Part shown: positions 9,249 to 17,724 of the stretch, one piece after another
Layout of the letters: the number at the start of each line of letters is the position of its first letter
How positions within the stretch are numbered: position 1 is the first letter of the stretch
IMG/VR virus record: IMGVR_UViG_3300012667_000261
Coordinates: 1 to 35,695 of that record
Source of the DNA: a virus
Lineage: Duplodnaviria > Caudoviricetes
Length of the DNA stretch: 35,695 bases
Direction: 5' to 3' (one strand)
Notes under the pieces: model-generated
Databases searched by the model: none
What the model was told of the DNA's origin: nothing
Seen by the model: the letters and a program-made list of their open reading frames with translations, nothing else
Translations under genes and position numbers: made by a program

Positions 9249-10802
9249 TTACGGCAGGTAGGATTGCGCTCTGGGCGAGATGGTCATAGTGGGCCGTGGC
9301 GCGGTGCCGGGAGGCGGCATGGTGTCTATGGTGGGCGACGGTTGCGGCTGCGGAGTAATCTGCGGGCCGGGCATGGAAATATTTCCGCCCATCCACAGCA
9401 TATCTTCTGGCAGGCCAGCGCGTCTTGCCAGTTCCTTGTATTGGTCAATCGTTGCGGTCGTGTCATTGGCCTTGTTGACATACATCTTCTGCGCCAGCGC
9501 GAAGATTTCAGCCCTCGTTTCTGGCGTCAGTTTCCCGGTTCCATCAAATGCGTTCTTCAACGCAGTCCCAAGAGACGGGAACATCGCGCCAGCCCCAGCG
9601 ACAGCCGCAACTTCGCCTTCACGCGCCACTGATCCGGGGTCAACGATCTTTGCAAATCCGACAGCCAAAGCATAGTCGCTTACAGCGCCGGGCGACGTGT
9701 AGAAGGCTTGGATATTGTCAAACCCGTTCTTCACGATGTCAAATGTTGCAGTCTGCGCCCTCAGGTCATCCCGCATCGTGTTGATGTTGGAAAGCTGCTC
9801 ATCGGTCAGACTTACATTCGCGCCCTGCGGAGGCTCATAGATAACCTCTCCAGTCACCGGGTTGATGACCCTTTTGTCAACGACAACACCTTTGTCCATT
9901 TGCGTCTCGCTTGGATAGAACTTGCCGTCCGGCCCGATCTGCCCAGACGTTGCCCCATACACCGCCGCTTCTTCTGCTGTGGCAGGACGGAAGCCGGGCT
10001 GCGGCTCTTTCAGTTTTTGCAGTTCAAGACGCGCCTTTTCCAGATTGATCGCGGCCAACGGGTCGGCGGGCTGCATAGCAACGGCAACGGCTGATTTCGC
10101 ATCCAGCGCGCCAGTCATCATGGCTTGCGCCAGATCAGGTCGTCCAGACGCCTGCAGCCACTGCGCGGTGCGGTTCATGGTCGACTTCTGTTCGCGCGCC
10201 TGCTGACGATCCTGCAGAGCGGCGGCAAGGTTCTGGTCAGGGTTCAAACGCAGCGTATTCGCGGCCAGCGCGATGCGGTCGCCAAGTTCTCCGCTCTGCC
10301 ACTGCGACTTCAACCGCTCGGCAAACGTCTGTGGCTCGTCCTGCATGTCAAGCAATCCCATCGGCATTGTCCCCGTATTCGGCGCGCTGGCTGCCGCAGC
10401 GGACGCACTGCCGCCACCTCCGGCGCCTTTCTTGCCCCAGCCTTCCCAAGCGCCCGGCCCTTGGGCTTGGTAAATCCACATGCCAATGGCGTCTTGCAGT
10501 TCCGGCGTCATCTTTTCGCTGCCGGTCAGGCCAAGCCCTTGCTTGGCAGCCTTAAGCGTCGTGCCGACAACCTGCCACGCGCCCATAGGCGTAGCAACGC
10601 GGCCGATCTGCCCCTTGACGCTTTGACCATACGGGCCGCTTGGAGAGGCGAATTGCAAGGCCTGATCCACCGTCATATCGGTCAGATTGGTGCCTGCGAA
10701 CTGCCCCCCGGGCCGATTGGCATAGCCAAACAGCGCATTGTAATCCCCGCCACTTTCGCCGGGGAATACGTTGCGCTTCAGCTCGTCAATGGTAATTGCC
10801 AT
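9249..10802 (-). CDS. Ejection protein with N-terminal lysozyme-like peptidoglycan hydrolase domain
   Basis: ESGGDYNAL...TDMTVDQAL...GAWQVVGTTLK...TPELQD pattern of lambda-lysozyme-like virion lysins. Confidence 0.75.
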   Translation of the reverse strand: MAITIDELKRNVFPGESGGDYNALFGYANRPGGQFAGTNLTDMTVDQALQFASPSGPYGQSVKGQIGRVATPMGAWQVVGTTLKAAKQGLGLTGSEKMTPELQDAIGMWIYQAQGPGAWEGWGKKGAGGGGSASAAAASAPNTGTMPMGLLDMQDEPQTFAERLKSQWQSGELGDRIALAANTLRLNPDQNLAAALQDRQQAREQKSTMNRTAQWLQASGRPDLAQAMMTGALDAKSAVAVAMQPADPLAAINLEKARLELQKLKEPQPGFRPATAEEAAVYGATSGQIGPDGKFYPSETQMDKGVVVDKRVINPVTGEVIYEPPQGANVSLTDEQLSNINTMRDDLRAQTATFDIVKNGFDNIQAFYTSPGAVSDYALAVGFAKIVDPGSVAREGEVAAVAGAGAMFPSLGTALKNAFDGTGKLTPETRAEIFALAQKMYVNKANDTTATIDQYKELARRAGLPEDMLWMGGNISMPGPQITPQPQPSPTIDTMPPPGTAPRPTMTISPRAQSYLP

Positions 10803-10811
10803 GCGTTATCC

Positions 10812-11441
10812 TCAACCGAACAGGCTAAACCCAGCCGACAGATAATCCATCAGGCCCGGTTTTTTCGTCGTGGTCTGCGTTTGCTGGCCCATGTTGGCGG
10901 CACCAGTGCCAGCAAGCAAAGCCTGCAGCGAATTTGCGGGCGATCCGGTATAGCCGCCATACTGGCCCTTTGCCGCGTCAATGAGCTGCTGATTAAGCGC
11001 GCGCGCAGCTTCGCCTTGCTGCCATTGCTGGTTGGAAATGGCTTGACCGAAGCCAAAGCCCTGCCCGGCAAGGTTGGATTGAATATTTTGCTGGTTCTGC
11101 GCCGCGTTCAAAGCGGTGTTGAACCCCTGCTGCTGCAGGTTGCCGAACATGTTCGCGCCTTGCTGCGCAAAACCCTGATTGGTCAGCGCCTCAGCAACAC
11201 CATGACGAGAACCACCGAAAGCCCCGGCGCGCGTTGCGCTGGCCCCGATGTCATTGGTCGCCATCTGGCGTTGACGTTCCAGATCCTGCATCGCATTGCC
11301 CGTTACCATGCTGGTGTAAGGGTTCATGAACTGGCCGATGTTCGGGCCTGACGCCGCCTGATTATACAGGTTGGCCGATGTTTCTGAGACGTTGCTGCCG
11401 ACCGGGCTTGCCACGTTATTGGGGTTTGATCCGCCTGCCAT
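10812..11441 (-). CDS. Small ejection / DNA-transfer protein
   Basis: Start moved to ATG 11441; Q/G/A-rich with FMNPY and AGAFGGSR motifs. Confidence 0.75.
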   Translation of the reverse strand: MAGGSNPNNVASPVGSNVSETSANLYNQAASGPNIGQFMNPYTSMVTGNAMQDLERQRQMATNDIGASATRAGAFGGSRHGVAEALTNQGFAQQGANMFGNLQQQGFNTALNAAQNQQNIQSNLAGQGFGFGQAISNQQWQQGEAARALNQQLIDAAKGQYGGYTGSPANSLQALLAGTGAANMGQQTQTTTKKPGLMDYLSAGFSLFG

Positions 11442-11442
11442 G

Positions 11443-12045
11443 TTATTTCCCCCTGCCCATGCCGCCGCCTTGACGCCCAATAGGGCCAACGCTTGTGATC
11501 CGTCCACTCATTGGGTCTGGAAGCCCAAGAGACCCTGTGCCGCCGCTGCCAGTTGACGCAGTGCTGCGCCCGCCAGAACTGCCGCGCCCGTATTCAAAAT
11601 TGTCATCACGCCCGCCACGAGCAGCAGCGGCTTTCGCGGCATTGGATGCAGTAGCGGCAGCAGTGCTAGCCCCCGGTGCCGCGCCAGTATTCGGATTGAC
11701 AAACATATCTTGGATTGCCGCGTATTGGCCGGGGTTGCGCGCCTTCAACTCGGCCAAAGCTGCGTCATACATACCGCCAGACGAATAGGCGCTCATGCCG
11801 TTGTAATTCGTCGCGGATGGCATGCCGGCCGTTACGTCAGATGTCGGCATGCCGAAGGCCGAAGCCATTTGATTGGCGCCTTGCATGGATGAAACCTGAG
11901 CAGGCGTCATGGCGGCAACGTCAGGCCCGTAATAAGGCGTGTAGCCGATGCCGGAAACCTGCTCCGCGCGGGCGATGCCTTTCTTTGCGGCATCCTCCAG
12001 CCAAGCTGGAATTGTGACGCTCGTTGATTGACTGCCGCCGCCCAT
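11443..12045 (-). CDS. Small ejection / DNA-transfer protein
   Basis: MGGGSQSTSVTIPAW...YTPYYGPDVAAMTP N-terminus typical of podophage internal proteins. Confidence 0.7.
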   Translation of the reverse strand: MGGGSQSTSVTIPAWLEDAAKKGIARAEQVSGIGYTPYYGPDVAAMTPAQVSSMQGANQMASAFGMPTSDVTAGMPSATNYNGMSAYSSGGMYDAALAELKARNPGQYAAIQDMFVNPNTGAAPGASTAAATASNAAKAAAARGGRDDNFEYGRGSSGGRSTASTGSGGTGSLGLPDPMSGRITSVGPIGRQGGGMGRGK

Positions 12046-12402
12046 TTACAGTTCCTTCTCCATCACGACCAAAACAGGACGGAACCCGCTTTTGTCCAGT
12101 ATCCGCTCCCAGCCCTTGCGGCCCGAAATCGTCATGCTCTGGCATCCCTGCGCGCGGCCCCAGTCTGCCACGCTTTCAATTCCGCCTACCACTTCGTCCA
12201 TCTGGCCACCGGCGAGAAAAACGTGGATCACCTTCTTTCTAGCATATTCCACGATCTCTGTCACGGCGGCAGAGTTGGGCGCAGGCCAAAGCTGCATGCG
12301 GCCCTCTAAAATCGCCTGCTTTACGTCCTCAAAGTTATGCGTCCCGCCGCTGTATTCCAGCGCTGCCTCGATGTGCTTGCGGTTGGCGTCGATTATATTC
12401 AT
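12046..12402 (-). CDS. GNAT-fold (acetyltransferase-like) virion assembly protein
   Basis: VIHVFLAGG..., GRAQGCQSMTISGRKGWERIL..GF; sits just before the ejection genes. Confidence 0.7.
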   Translation of the reverse strand: MNIIDANRKHIEAALEYSGGTHNFEDVKQAILEGRMQLWPAPNSAAVTEIVEYARKKVIHVFLAGGQMDEVVGGIESVADWGRAQGCQSMTISGRKGWERILDKSGFRPVLVVMEKEL

Positions 12403-13061
12403 GCGCGGATCCGTGACAGCGAGTAGACGCAGGATGATCCGACAGGCGCAAAGGCCGTTGCTGGTGCTGCCGTCATGGTCAGGTTGACGTTATCAACGGC
12501 CCACATGATTTCGAGATAGTCTCCCGCGGCCATAGGCAGTGGAACAGTGCGCGAAACGATGGCAGCGCCGTTGTTGTCGTTGACGGTATGCTTGAGCTGC
12601 GAAAGCGGCAGATCCGTGCCATTGATCCGCAACCATGTCCAAAACTGCTGCGCGCTGGCCGAGGTGGATGTGAGCTGGCAAGAAAAGCTGGCCTCGTATA
12701 CGCCGCCTTCTGCAACCGTGATTTGCGTTGCAGGAGATCCTGCCACCGTGATGCCAGACGAAACGGGGATCGTGTCAAAGACAACCTTTTGCGCCGTGTT
12801 GATCGCCGTGGCGGTCTGCGTCGTCGTCGCGAGGCAGATGCCGTAACCATCCGCAATCACAAGCTGACGCCATTGGCTCTCTTTGGACACGACAGGATAG
12901 CCATTCTCAGCATCCCAGAGAATAACGCCATCCTCAGAAGCGGAGGCCGATGCGGTCTTAAACTGCAAACGCGACACTGTGCGGCGCAAATACGACACGA
13001 TATTTTGCGCCCAGATGTTTAGGTCAGCCGTGACGGGCGGAGGGGAAAAGCCAAAGCTCAC
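12399..13061 (-). CDS. Tail-associated structural protein (needle/spike-like, C-terminal beta-sandwich)
   Basis: Follows nozzle; ITVAEGGVYEASFS...AAGDYLEIMW C1q/BclA-like pattern. Confidence 0.6.
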   Translation of the reverse strand: MSFGFSPPPVTADLNIWAQNIVSYLRRTVSRLQFKTASASASEDGVILWDAENGYPVVSKESQWRQLVIADGYGICLATTTQTATAINTAQKVVFDTIPVSSGITVAGSPATQITVAEGGVYEASFSCQLTSTSASAQQFWTWLRINGTDLPLSQLKHTVNDNNGAAIVSRTVPLPMAAGDYLEIMWAVDNVNLTMTAAPATAFAPVGSSCVYSLSRIRA

Positions 13062-14533
13062 CGCAATCCTCCCGGTTTCGCATCAAGCCGCATGATGCCA
13101 ACGCGCCAGTCTGCTAAGCGCTCACCTTCAACGCGCATTTGCACCTGCCGCCCGGTAAAGCGCACGCTGGTCGGGTTTGCCATGCTATACGGCCCATAGG
13201 ATCGGATTGTGTCATTCGGGTGAAAGCGCGTCTTGAATGTGGCGCTCACATCGCCCTGCGTCTTTTCGTCTGGGATAAGCATGGTCGCCGCCATGACATT
13301 ATCGCCAGCGCCAAGGCTGATCGGCCCGCTTTCGGCAAACACGGTTGCGCCGTCCTGCGCCATGCCGGTTTCGTGGTCATACGACACGCCGCTAGCGTCC
13401 AGCCAAATAGGATTGCGGAATACGCCGCTATCAACGCCAGCCGTCCTCGCCAGTGTGCCGATTGTCCAATGACGTTCGGCATAGTTAAAAGCAACGTATC
13501 GGTCGTTTTCATTGGATGATGACGATGGATAGAGCCACCAGATTTCGTTGAATTGCTGATTGCTCACAGCGTAAATCTTGGACGTTTGCGCGCCGCTCAT
13601 GTCGCTGAAAACATAGTCTGACACATCGCAAGGAATGTCCTGCACCGCGCCGCCTGAATAGATGTGAAAGCCGCGCTTCCCCATCCAGAAGACGCCTTCA
13701 TCCACATTGACCGCAGACTTGCGCGAGATAGCCCCGCAAGCCGATCCGACGCGTTCAAAGCCGTAGACAAACGGCGGGCCTTGGTAGGTTGCGGCGTGCG
13801 CGTCTTGGTCGGTAATGATGAGCGTCTGGCCGCGTGTCTTGATGCCCAGCATGATCTGGCCGCTCGTCTGCAGCTCGATGTCGCCCGCCTCGTTGGTCGT
13901 GGCTGGCGTCCAAGTCGTGTTATCCTCGCGGTCACTCCACTGCACTTTGCGCGGGTTGCCTCCCGCTCCCAATGCAAACAGAAAGCGCTCCCCGGTGACA
14001 ACAAGCGACAGGTTGTCAATCGGCGCGCCACTGATCGCCGCAGCGTCGTTGGCCGCGTTCAAATCCCATTCCAGCAAGCGGCCATCAGCAACCGAGCAGG
14101 CAACGAGGTTTTCACCCCAGTTGTCCAGCGCCCAAGTCGTCGCCTCGCCATAGTTGCCTTTATCCGCGCGCGGAGTGCCATAGGTTGATGCGCTATAGAA
14201 CCCGCCGCCGTATCCCGTGTTCACCGTCGCGGACAGATCGCCCGCAACAAGATCGGCAGGCGTAATGTCGATGACGGTTCCAGATGCCTGCACAGCCTTC
14301 AAGGCGTTGTGAAAGCCAACGGCATAGCGCCGATCTCCGCCAAGGTCTTGCCATGCCAAAACAGCGCGCGGGGCTGTTGAACCTACCGTATCGCGCGTCC
14401 GCCATCCGCCGACCGGCCGCATTGTGCCGTCAATCCAGCGCACCAAGTTGGCATCATACCAACGGTTGCTGGCCTGATACTCTGTGCCGTTGCGATAAAC
14501 GCCCGGCGGGATCTGGAGCGGAATGAGCGGCAT
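13058..14533 (-). CDS. Tail nozzle / hub (P22 gp10-like DNA stabilization protein)
   Basis: 491 aa; WYDANLVRW, WALDNWGENL, VQWSDRED, FNEIWWLYPS, RFTGRQV motifs; GGAG RBS. Confidence 0.85.
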   Translation of the reverse strand: MPLIPLQIPPGVYRNGTEYQASNRWYDANLVRWIDGTMRPVGGWRTRDTVGSTAPRAVLAWQDLGGDRRYAVGFHNALKAVQASGTVIDITPADLVAGDLSATVNTGYGGGFYSASTYGTPRADKGNYGEATTWALDNWGENLVACSVADGRLLEWDLNAANDAAAISGAPIDNLSLVVTGERFLFALGAGGNPRKVQWSDREDNTTWTPATTNEAGDIELQTSGQIMLGIKTRGQTLIITDQDAHAATYQGPPFVYGFERVGSACGAISRKSAVNVDEGVFWMGKRGFHIYSGGAVQDIPCDVSDYVFSDMSGAQTSKIYAVSNQQFNEIWWLYPSSSSNENDRYVAFNYAERHWTIGTLARTAGVDSGVFRNPIWLDASGVSYDHETGMAQDGATVFAESGPISLGAGDNVMAATMLIPDEKTQGDVSATFKTRFHPNDTIRSYGPYSMANPTSVRFTGRQVQMRVEGERLADWRVGIMRLDAKPGGLR

Positions 14534-14574
14534 GAGTGTCTCCTATCCGCCGGATCATACATCAAGCGCGCGTT

Positions 14575-15732
14575 TTAGCCAACCTGTCGGTCGATTGGGT
14601 CAAGCGCCCGCAACACAAGCCCATCCACTTTGTGAAAGGTCATCGACTGCAAGGCCCGCCGCCCACCGTAGCCCATGCCAGCCGCATAAGCATCAGGCGG
14701 ACAAAATGCGCGCAGGCTCTCAAATCGCAGCGGCCCGATGTCTTTTGCCTGATCGTGGTGAACGTGGCCTGTGAGGTAATGCCGATGCCTTGTCTGCGAC
14801 CAGAACGGGCAAACGTCCGACAGGTAAAGCGCCATCTGCTGCGGCTTTCCCCTGTCGCCATGATGCGCGAAGATGGCGCATTTGCCCCACTGCATCATAA
14901 ACAGATCGCGCGGGTCTTTCTCGACGACAATGCGCGGCTCATTGCGATACCGCTCTGCCAGCGCGAAATTGAGCGTCAGGCTAGAATGCGGGTCATGGTT
15001 TCCGCGCAAAACGCGGATATGCAACTTGGCATGCTTTGCCAGCAGCCGCGCCACTGTCTCGGCGATAATCGCAATGCCGATATCCAGCACTTTGAAAAAC
15101 CTCCCGTCAACGTCTAGCTTATGGCGGCTTGCAGGAGTTTCAGCGCGCATGTCATCGCTGTGGAAATAGTCACCGCCGATCAGCAACACGGCTTGCTCGG
15201 CCGCAGGCGTCAGCGCCAGAACCTTGGCGAATGCGTGCCGCATGTCCTGCGCGGCGTGGGCAAGGTCATAATCCTGATCGCCAGTCTCTTTGCCCCAAGC
15301 CATCATCCCGACATGCGCGTCCATGAGCGGATAGACGGCGCACAGATCGTCCATGACGCTTTCCGGCGGCAGCACTGGCTCGGCAGGCTCCATGCCCTCT
15401 AGCGCGTCCCGTATGCGCTCTGCGACGGCCTCCGGTTGCTGCGCTTCCGGCTTCAACAGGACCGAATATCCGGCTTCTCCGTCTTTAGGCGGGATTTTGG
15501 CCCAAGCAAGCGCAGGAACCATATTCGTGCCAACGGCCTGCATGCTGTCGCGGATCGCCGGGTCAATGCGATAGTCGCGGCGCGCATCAGCATCAAACCC
15601 ACCTCGATCTAGCAGGCGCTGCAATTCGCGCGTCGCAATGCCCAATTCGCTTGCGGCTTCTTTCATGCCGCTGCAGCGCTTAAAAACTTCGATGGCTTCT
15701 AATTGGCGGGGTGTCGGATTACTTGCCGTCAT
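14575..15732 (-). CDS. Calcineurin-like metallophosphoesterase with N-terminal HTH
   Basis: Full motif set DAHVG, GGDYFH, GNHD, HHGD, GHVHH; N-terminal MKEAASELGIATRELQRLL. Confidence 0.85.
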   Translation of the reverse strand: MTASNPTPRQLEAIEVFKRCSGMKEAASELGIATRELQRLLDRGGFDADARRDYRIDPAIRDSMQAVGTNMVPALAWAKIPPKDGEAGYSVLLKPEAQQPEAVAERIRDALEGMEPAEPVLPPESVMDDLCAVYPLMDAHVGMMAWGKETGDQDYDLAHAAQDMRHAFAKVLALTPAAEQAVLLIGGDYFHSDDMRAETPASRHKLDVDGRFFKVLDIGIAIIAETVARLLAKHAKLHIRVLRGNHDPHSSLTLNFALAERYRNEPRIVVEKDPRDLFMMQWGKCAIFAHHGDRGKPQQMALYLSDVCPFWSQTRHRHYLTGHVHHDQAKDIGPLRFESLRAFCPPDAYAAGMGYGGRRALQSMTFHKVDGLVLRALDPIDRQVG

Positions 15733-15946
15733 TGCAACCCGCGTCAACAAGTTTGATCAGCCGCGCGCCCGTGACCATCGAAACCGGCCCGCCATCGACA
15801 GCCAAAGCCGCCGCATGTTCCGTCCGCGCCGATTGGGTCCCGGCGCAGATCGCATTACCGCTGCCCCCGCTCACGCAACCAGTCGCGAAGCACGTTAGGG
15901 TCATCATCAATATGGATGTCATCCATACGTTTCCGCGTATCAACAT
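15719..15946 (-). CDS. Putative o-spanin (Rz1-like lipoprotein)
   Basis: Hydrophobic stretch then lipobox-like FATGC; overlaps the i-spanin 3' end in another frame; start may be 15922. Confidence 0.65.
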   Translation of the reverse strand: MLIRGNVWMTSILMMTLTCFATGCVSGGSGNAICAGTQSARTEHAAALAVDGGPVSMVTGARLIKLVDAGCNDGK

Positions 15947-16076
15947 AATGCTTCAACTCCTTTGCGTTGGCGTCAGCCTTGGCCGCTTTTCTGCCGCCAA
16001 GCCAACTTGCCAACAACGCGGCAACAACAAGTCCAAAGCCAGCCGCCCACAATTTCAAACGTGCTAAAAACATCAT
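15855..16076 (-). CDS. Putative i-spanin (Rz-like)
   Basis: N-terminal transmembrane helix then short charged helix; in lysis cassette; overlapped by lipoprotein gene. Confidence 0.65.
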   Translation of the reverse strand: MMFLARLKLWAAGFGLVVAALLASWLGGRKAAKADANAKELKHYVDTRKRMDDIHIDDDPNVLRDWLRERGQR

Positions 16077-16258
16077 GCCTCAGATCCCCACGCAACGCAG
16101 CGATAGGCAGCCATGCGCGCGGCAGGATATTCGGCGATAATGGCCGCTTCCATCTCCAACACGCTGGCATGGCATTCCTGCTCAGTGGCGACGATAGGAC
16201 CGCTTGCCGTGACGCAGGCGGTCGGATCGCACATGAGCATGACGAGCGAGAAAATCAT
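16073..16258 (-). CDS. Small Cys-containing, probably exported or membrane-associated protein
   Basis: MIFSLVMLMCDPTAC...EC...YRC, four Cys; ATGA overlaps on both sides. Confidence 0.6.
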   Translation of the reverse strand: MIFSLVMLMCDPTACVTASGPIVATEQECHASVLEMEAAIIAEYPAARMAAYRCVAWGSEA

Positions 16259-16437
16259 TTCTTTCCCCACTTCGCGAAGACAGCGCCGGACAACAGCGCG
16301 GATCCGGCAAGCCCCACAGCGGCGGCGTTCAGGTCAATGACGATCTGCTGGGCCGCAGCGTCGTAAACCACGCCAGGCAACATGCCGACGATGGGCGCGA
16401 TGAAATACAGAAGCACGCGGATGTATGTCGGGTTCAT
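16255..16437 (-). CDS. Putative holin (two hydrophobic segments, basic C-terminus)
   Basis: ATG 16437 with GGAGG RBS; 60 aa ending KWGKK; in lysis cassette. Confidence 0.55.
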   Translation of the reverse strand: MNPTYIRVLLYFIAPIVGMLPGVVYDAAAQQIVIDLNAAAVGLAGSALLSGAVFAKWGKK

Positions 16438-16691
16438 GTCAGCCTCCATTTACTTTGTTACATGCTTGACGGCCCACATAACTGCCTGCTCAGCATTGGT
16501 GATCGCCAGAGAAAGCTCGCGGCTTGTGCCAATCTCCTGACATTTGGCAATGAACGCTGCGCCGATGTCTTTCAGCGCAACCATTTGCGCTTTTTCATCG
16601 TCTGTCAGAACCCGGTATGCGTGGCGCACAGCATTATTCGCCGTGCGGTCGTCAGAATGACTTTGAACGGATTTAGTCATGTCAGCCTCCA
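16434..16691. repeat. 15-bp exact direct repeat (minus strand TGGAGGCTGACATGA) at 16434-16448 and 16677-16691
   Basis: TCATGTCAGCCTCCA read at both positions; each copy contains an RBS and start codon, and the upstream copy contains the endolysin stop. Confidence 0.9.
16450..16680 (-). CDS. Acb2/Tad1-hairpin-like protein (candidate cyclic-nucleotide sponge, anti-defence)
   Basis: ATG 16680 with GGAGG; YRVLTDDEKAQMVALKDIG resembles Acb2 YRDLSQEEIDMMNRVKELG; SRELSLAITNAEQAVMWA resembles Tad1 SRENACALTHVEEALMW (recalled from memory, not searched). Confidence 0.75.
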   Translation of the reverse strand: MTKSVQSHSDDRTANNAVRHAYRVLTDDEKAQMVALKDIGAAFIAKCQEIGTSRELSLAITNAEQAVMWAVKHVTK

Positions 16692-17254
16692 AAGGGCAGT
16701 TTGTCAAACAAGTCCGCCAGCCATGCGACAAAGCCAGCCATCGCTAGGGCAATCATCGCGCCGATGCTGACAACCGGAGCCTTGCTTGGCTTGGCGGCAA
16801 CGCCATTGACCGGCGTCAAGAACAGCTTGCGCTCGGCCTCGCGGCGGCGCTTCAATCCCTTCAGCACCTTGCCGCCCGCCTTGTCCCAAAGCAGGATGGC
16901 GTCAGCGGCTTTCTGCTTGTTGCCAGCGTTAAACTCGCGCAAGGATGTCGACTTTTTGAAAGCCCCCGGCCCGATGTTATAGGCCAGCGAGACAAAGGCC
17001 CCAAATTCGTTTTCATTGATCGGCGCTGTGATGGATGGCGCGATTTGTGCGGCAAACTTGTTCAGCGCCGCATGCAAGTATGCCTCTGCATCGCTCTTGC
17101 TGATCGTCATCCCCAGCGCGGGACTGATCCCGACGCCTGCCATCGCCGTGGTGCCATAGCCAATCGTCCAGACGCCGACTGCATCGCGATAGGCATTGGC
17201 CCGGAAGCCTTCAAACTCTTTTACCAGATCAACGGCAGCCTGATTGATGTTCAT
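16682..17254 (-). CDS. Endolysin, GH24 (T4-type) lysozyme with C-terminal hydrophobic helix
   Basis: FEG...YRDAVGVWTIGYGTT catalytic E-D-T pattern; SLAYNIG; GLKRRREAE. Confidence 0.93.
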   Translation of the reverse strand: MNINQAAVDLVKEFEGFRANAYRDAVGVWTIGYGTTAMAGVGISPALGMTISKSDAEAYLHAALNKFAAQIAPSITAPINENEFGAFVSLAYNIGPGAFKKSTSLREFNAGNKQKAADAILLWDKAGGKVLKGLKRRREAERKLFLTPVNGVAAKPSKAPVVSIGAMIALAMAGFVAWLADLFDKLPFGG

Positions 17255-17475
17255 TTGCGCAAAGCCTCCTCGATGGTGTCCAGCTTGGCAAATACAGCTC
17301 TGAAGCTATCTTGAAGCTGCTTGAACTCGCGGTCATGGGCTTCTTTGTTTGAGATCGCCTGCGCCTTCAGAACGGCGATTTCTGTGCCGTGATCCTGCTG
17401 GCGCTGGTAAACCAGCCAGACAAATGCAGCTACCGGGGCGACGATCCATTTCATCACAGCATCCAAAACTTCCAT
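17251..17475 (-). CDS. Membrane protein with one TM helix and coiled coil (holin/antiholin candidate)
   Basis: WIVAPVAAFVWLVY helix followed by heptad pattern; ATGA overlap with endolysin. Confidence 0.65.
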   Translation of the reverse strand: MEVLDAVMKWIVAPVAAFVWLVYQRQQDHGTEIAVLKAQAISNKEAHDREFKQLQDSFRAVFAKLDTIEEALRK

Positions 17476-17493
17476 TCAATCCGCGCCCCATCC

Positions 17494-17724
17494 TTAAAAA
17501 GCAAAAACCAAAGGCAGCACCGTGGCCGCACCTGCAACCGTAGCGATAGCGTCATTGATGTCAGGCGTGCCACGGCCCGTCAAGTCATACGCTTCTTTCA
17601 GGATGCCCAAGGAGCAGGCCACAGCAAAGCCAATGATAGGGTCAACCCCGTATGCTGTCGGCAGCGCAGCAATGGCGGCCCCAGCTAGAAAGTGCGCGGT
17701 CTTGTCAATCGGCGGCAGAGTCAT
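17494..17724 (-). CDS. Small membrane protein, VanZ-like
   Basis: DKTAHFLAG...KEAYD...[14 protein letters not shown] motif; ATGA overlap with tail fibre stop. Confidence 0.7.
   Translation of the reverse strand: MTLPPIDKTAHFLAGAAIAALPTAYGVDPIIGFAVACSLGILKEAYDLTGRGTPDINDAIATVAGAATVLPLVFAF

Noticed and set aside
10125-11351. 408-aa plus-strand ORF
   Set aside because: Antisense shadow of the ejection genes; Arg/Leu-rich, no motifs. Long shadow ORFs are expected at high GC.
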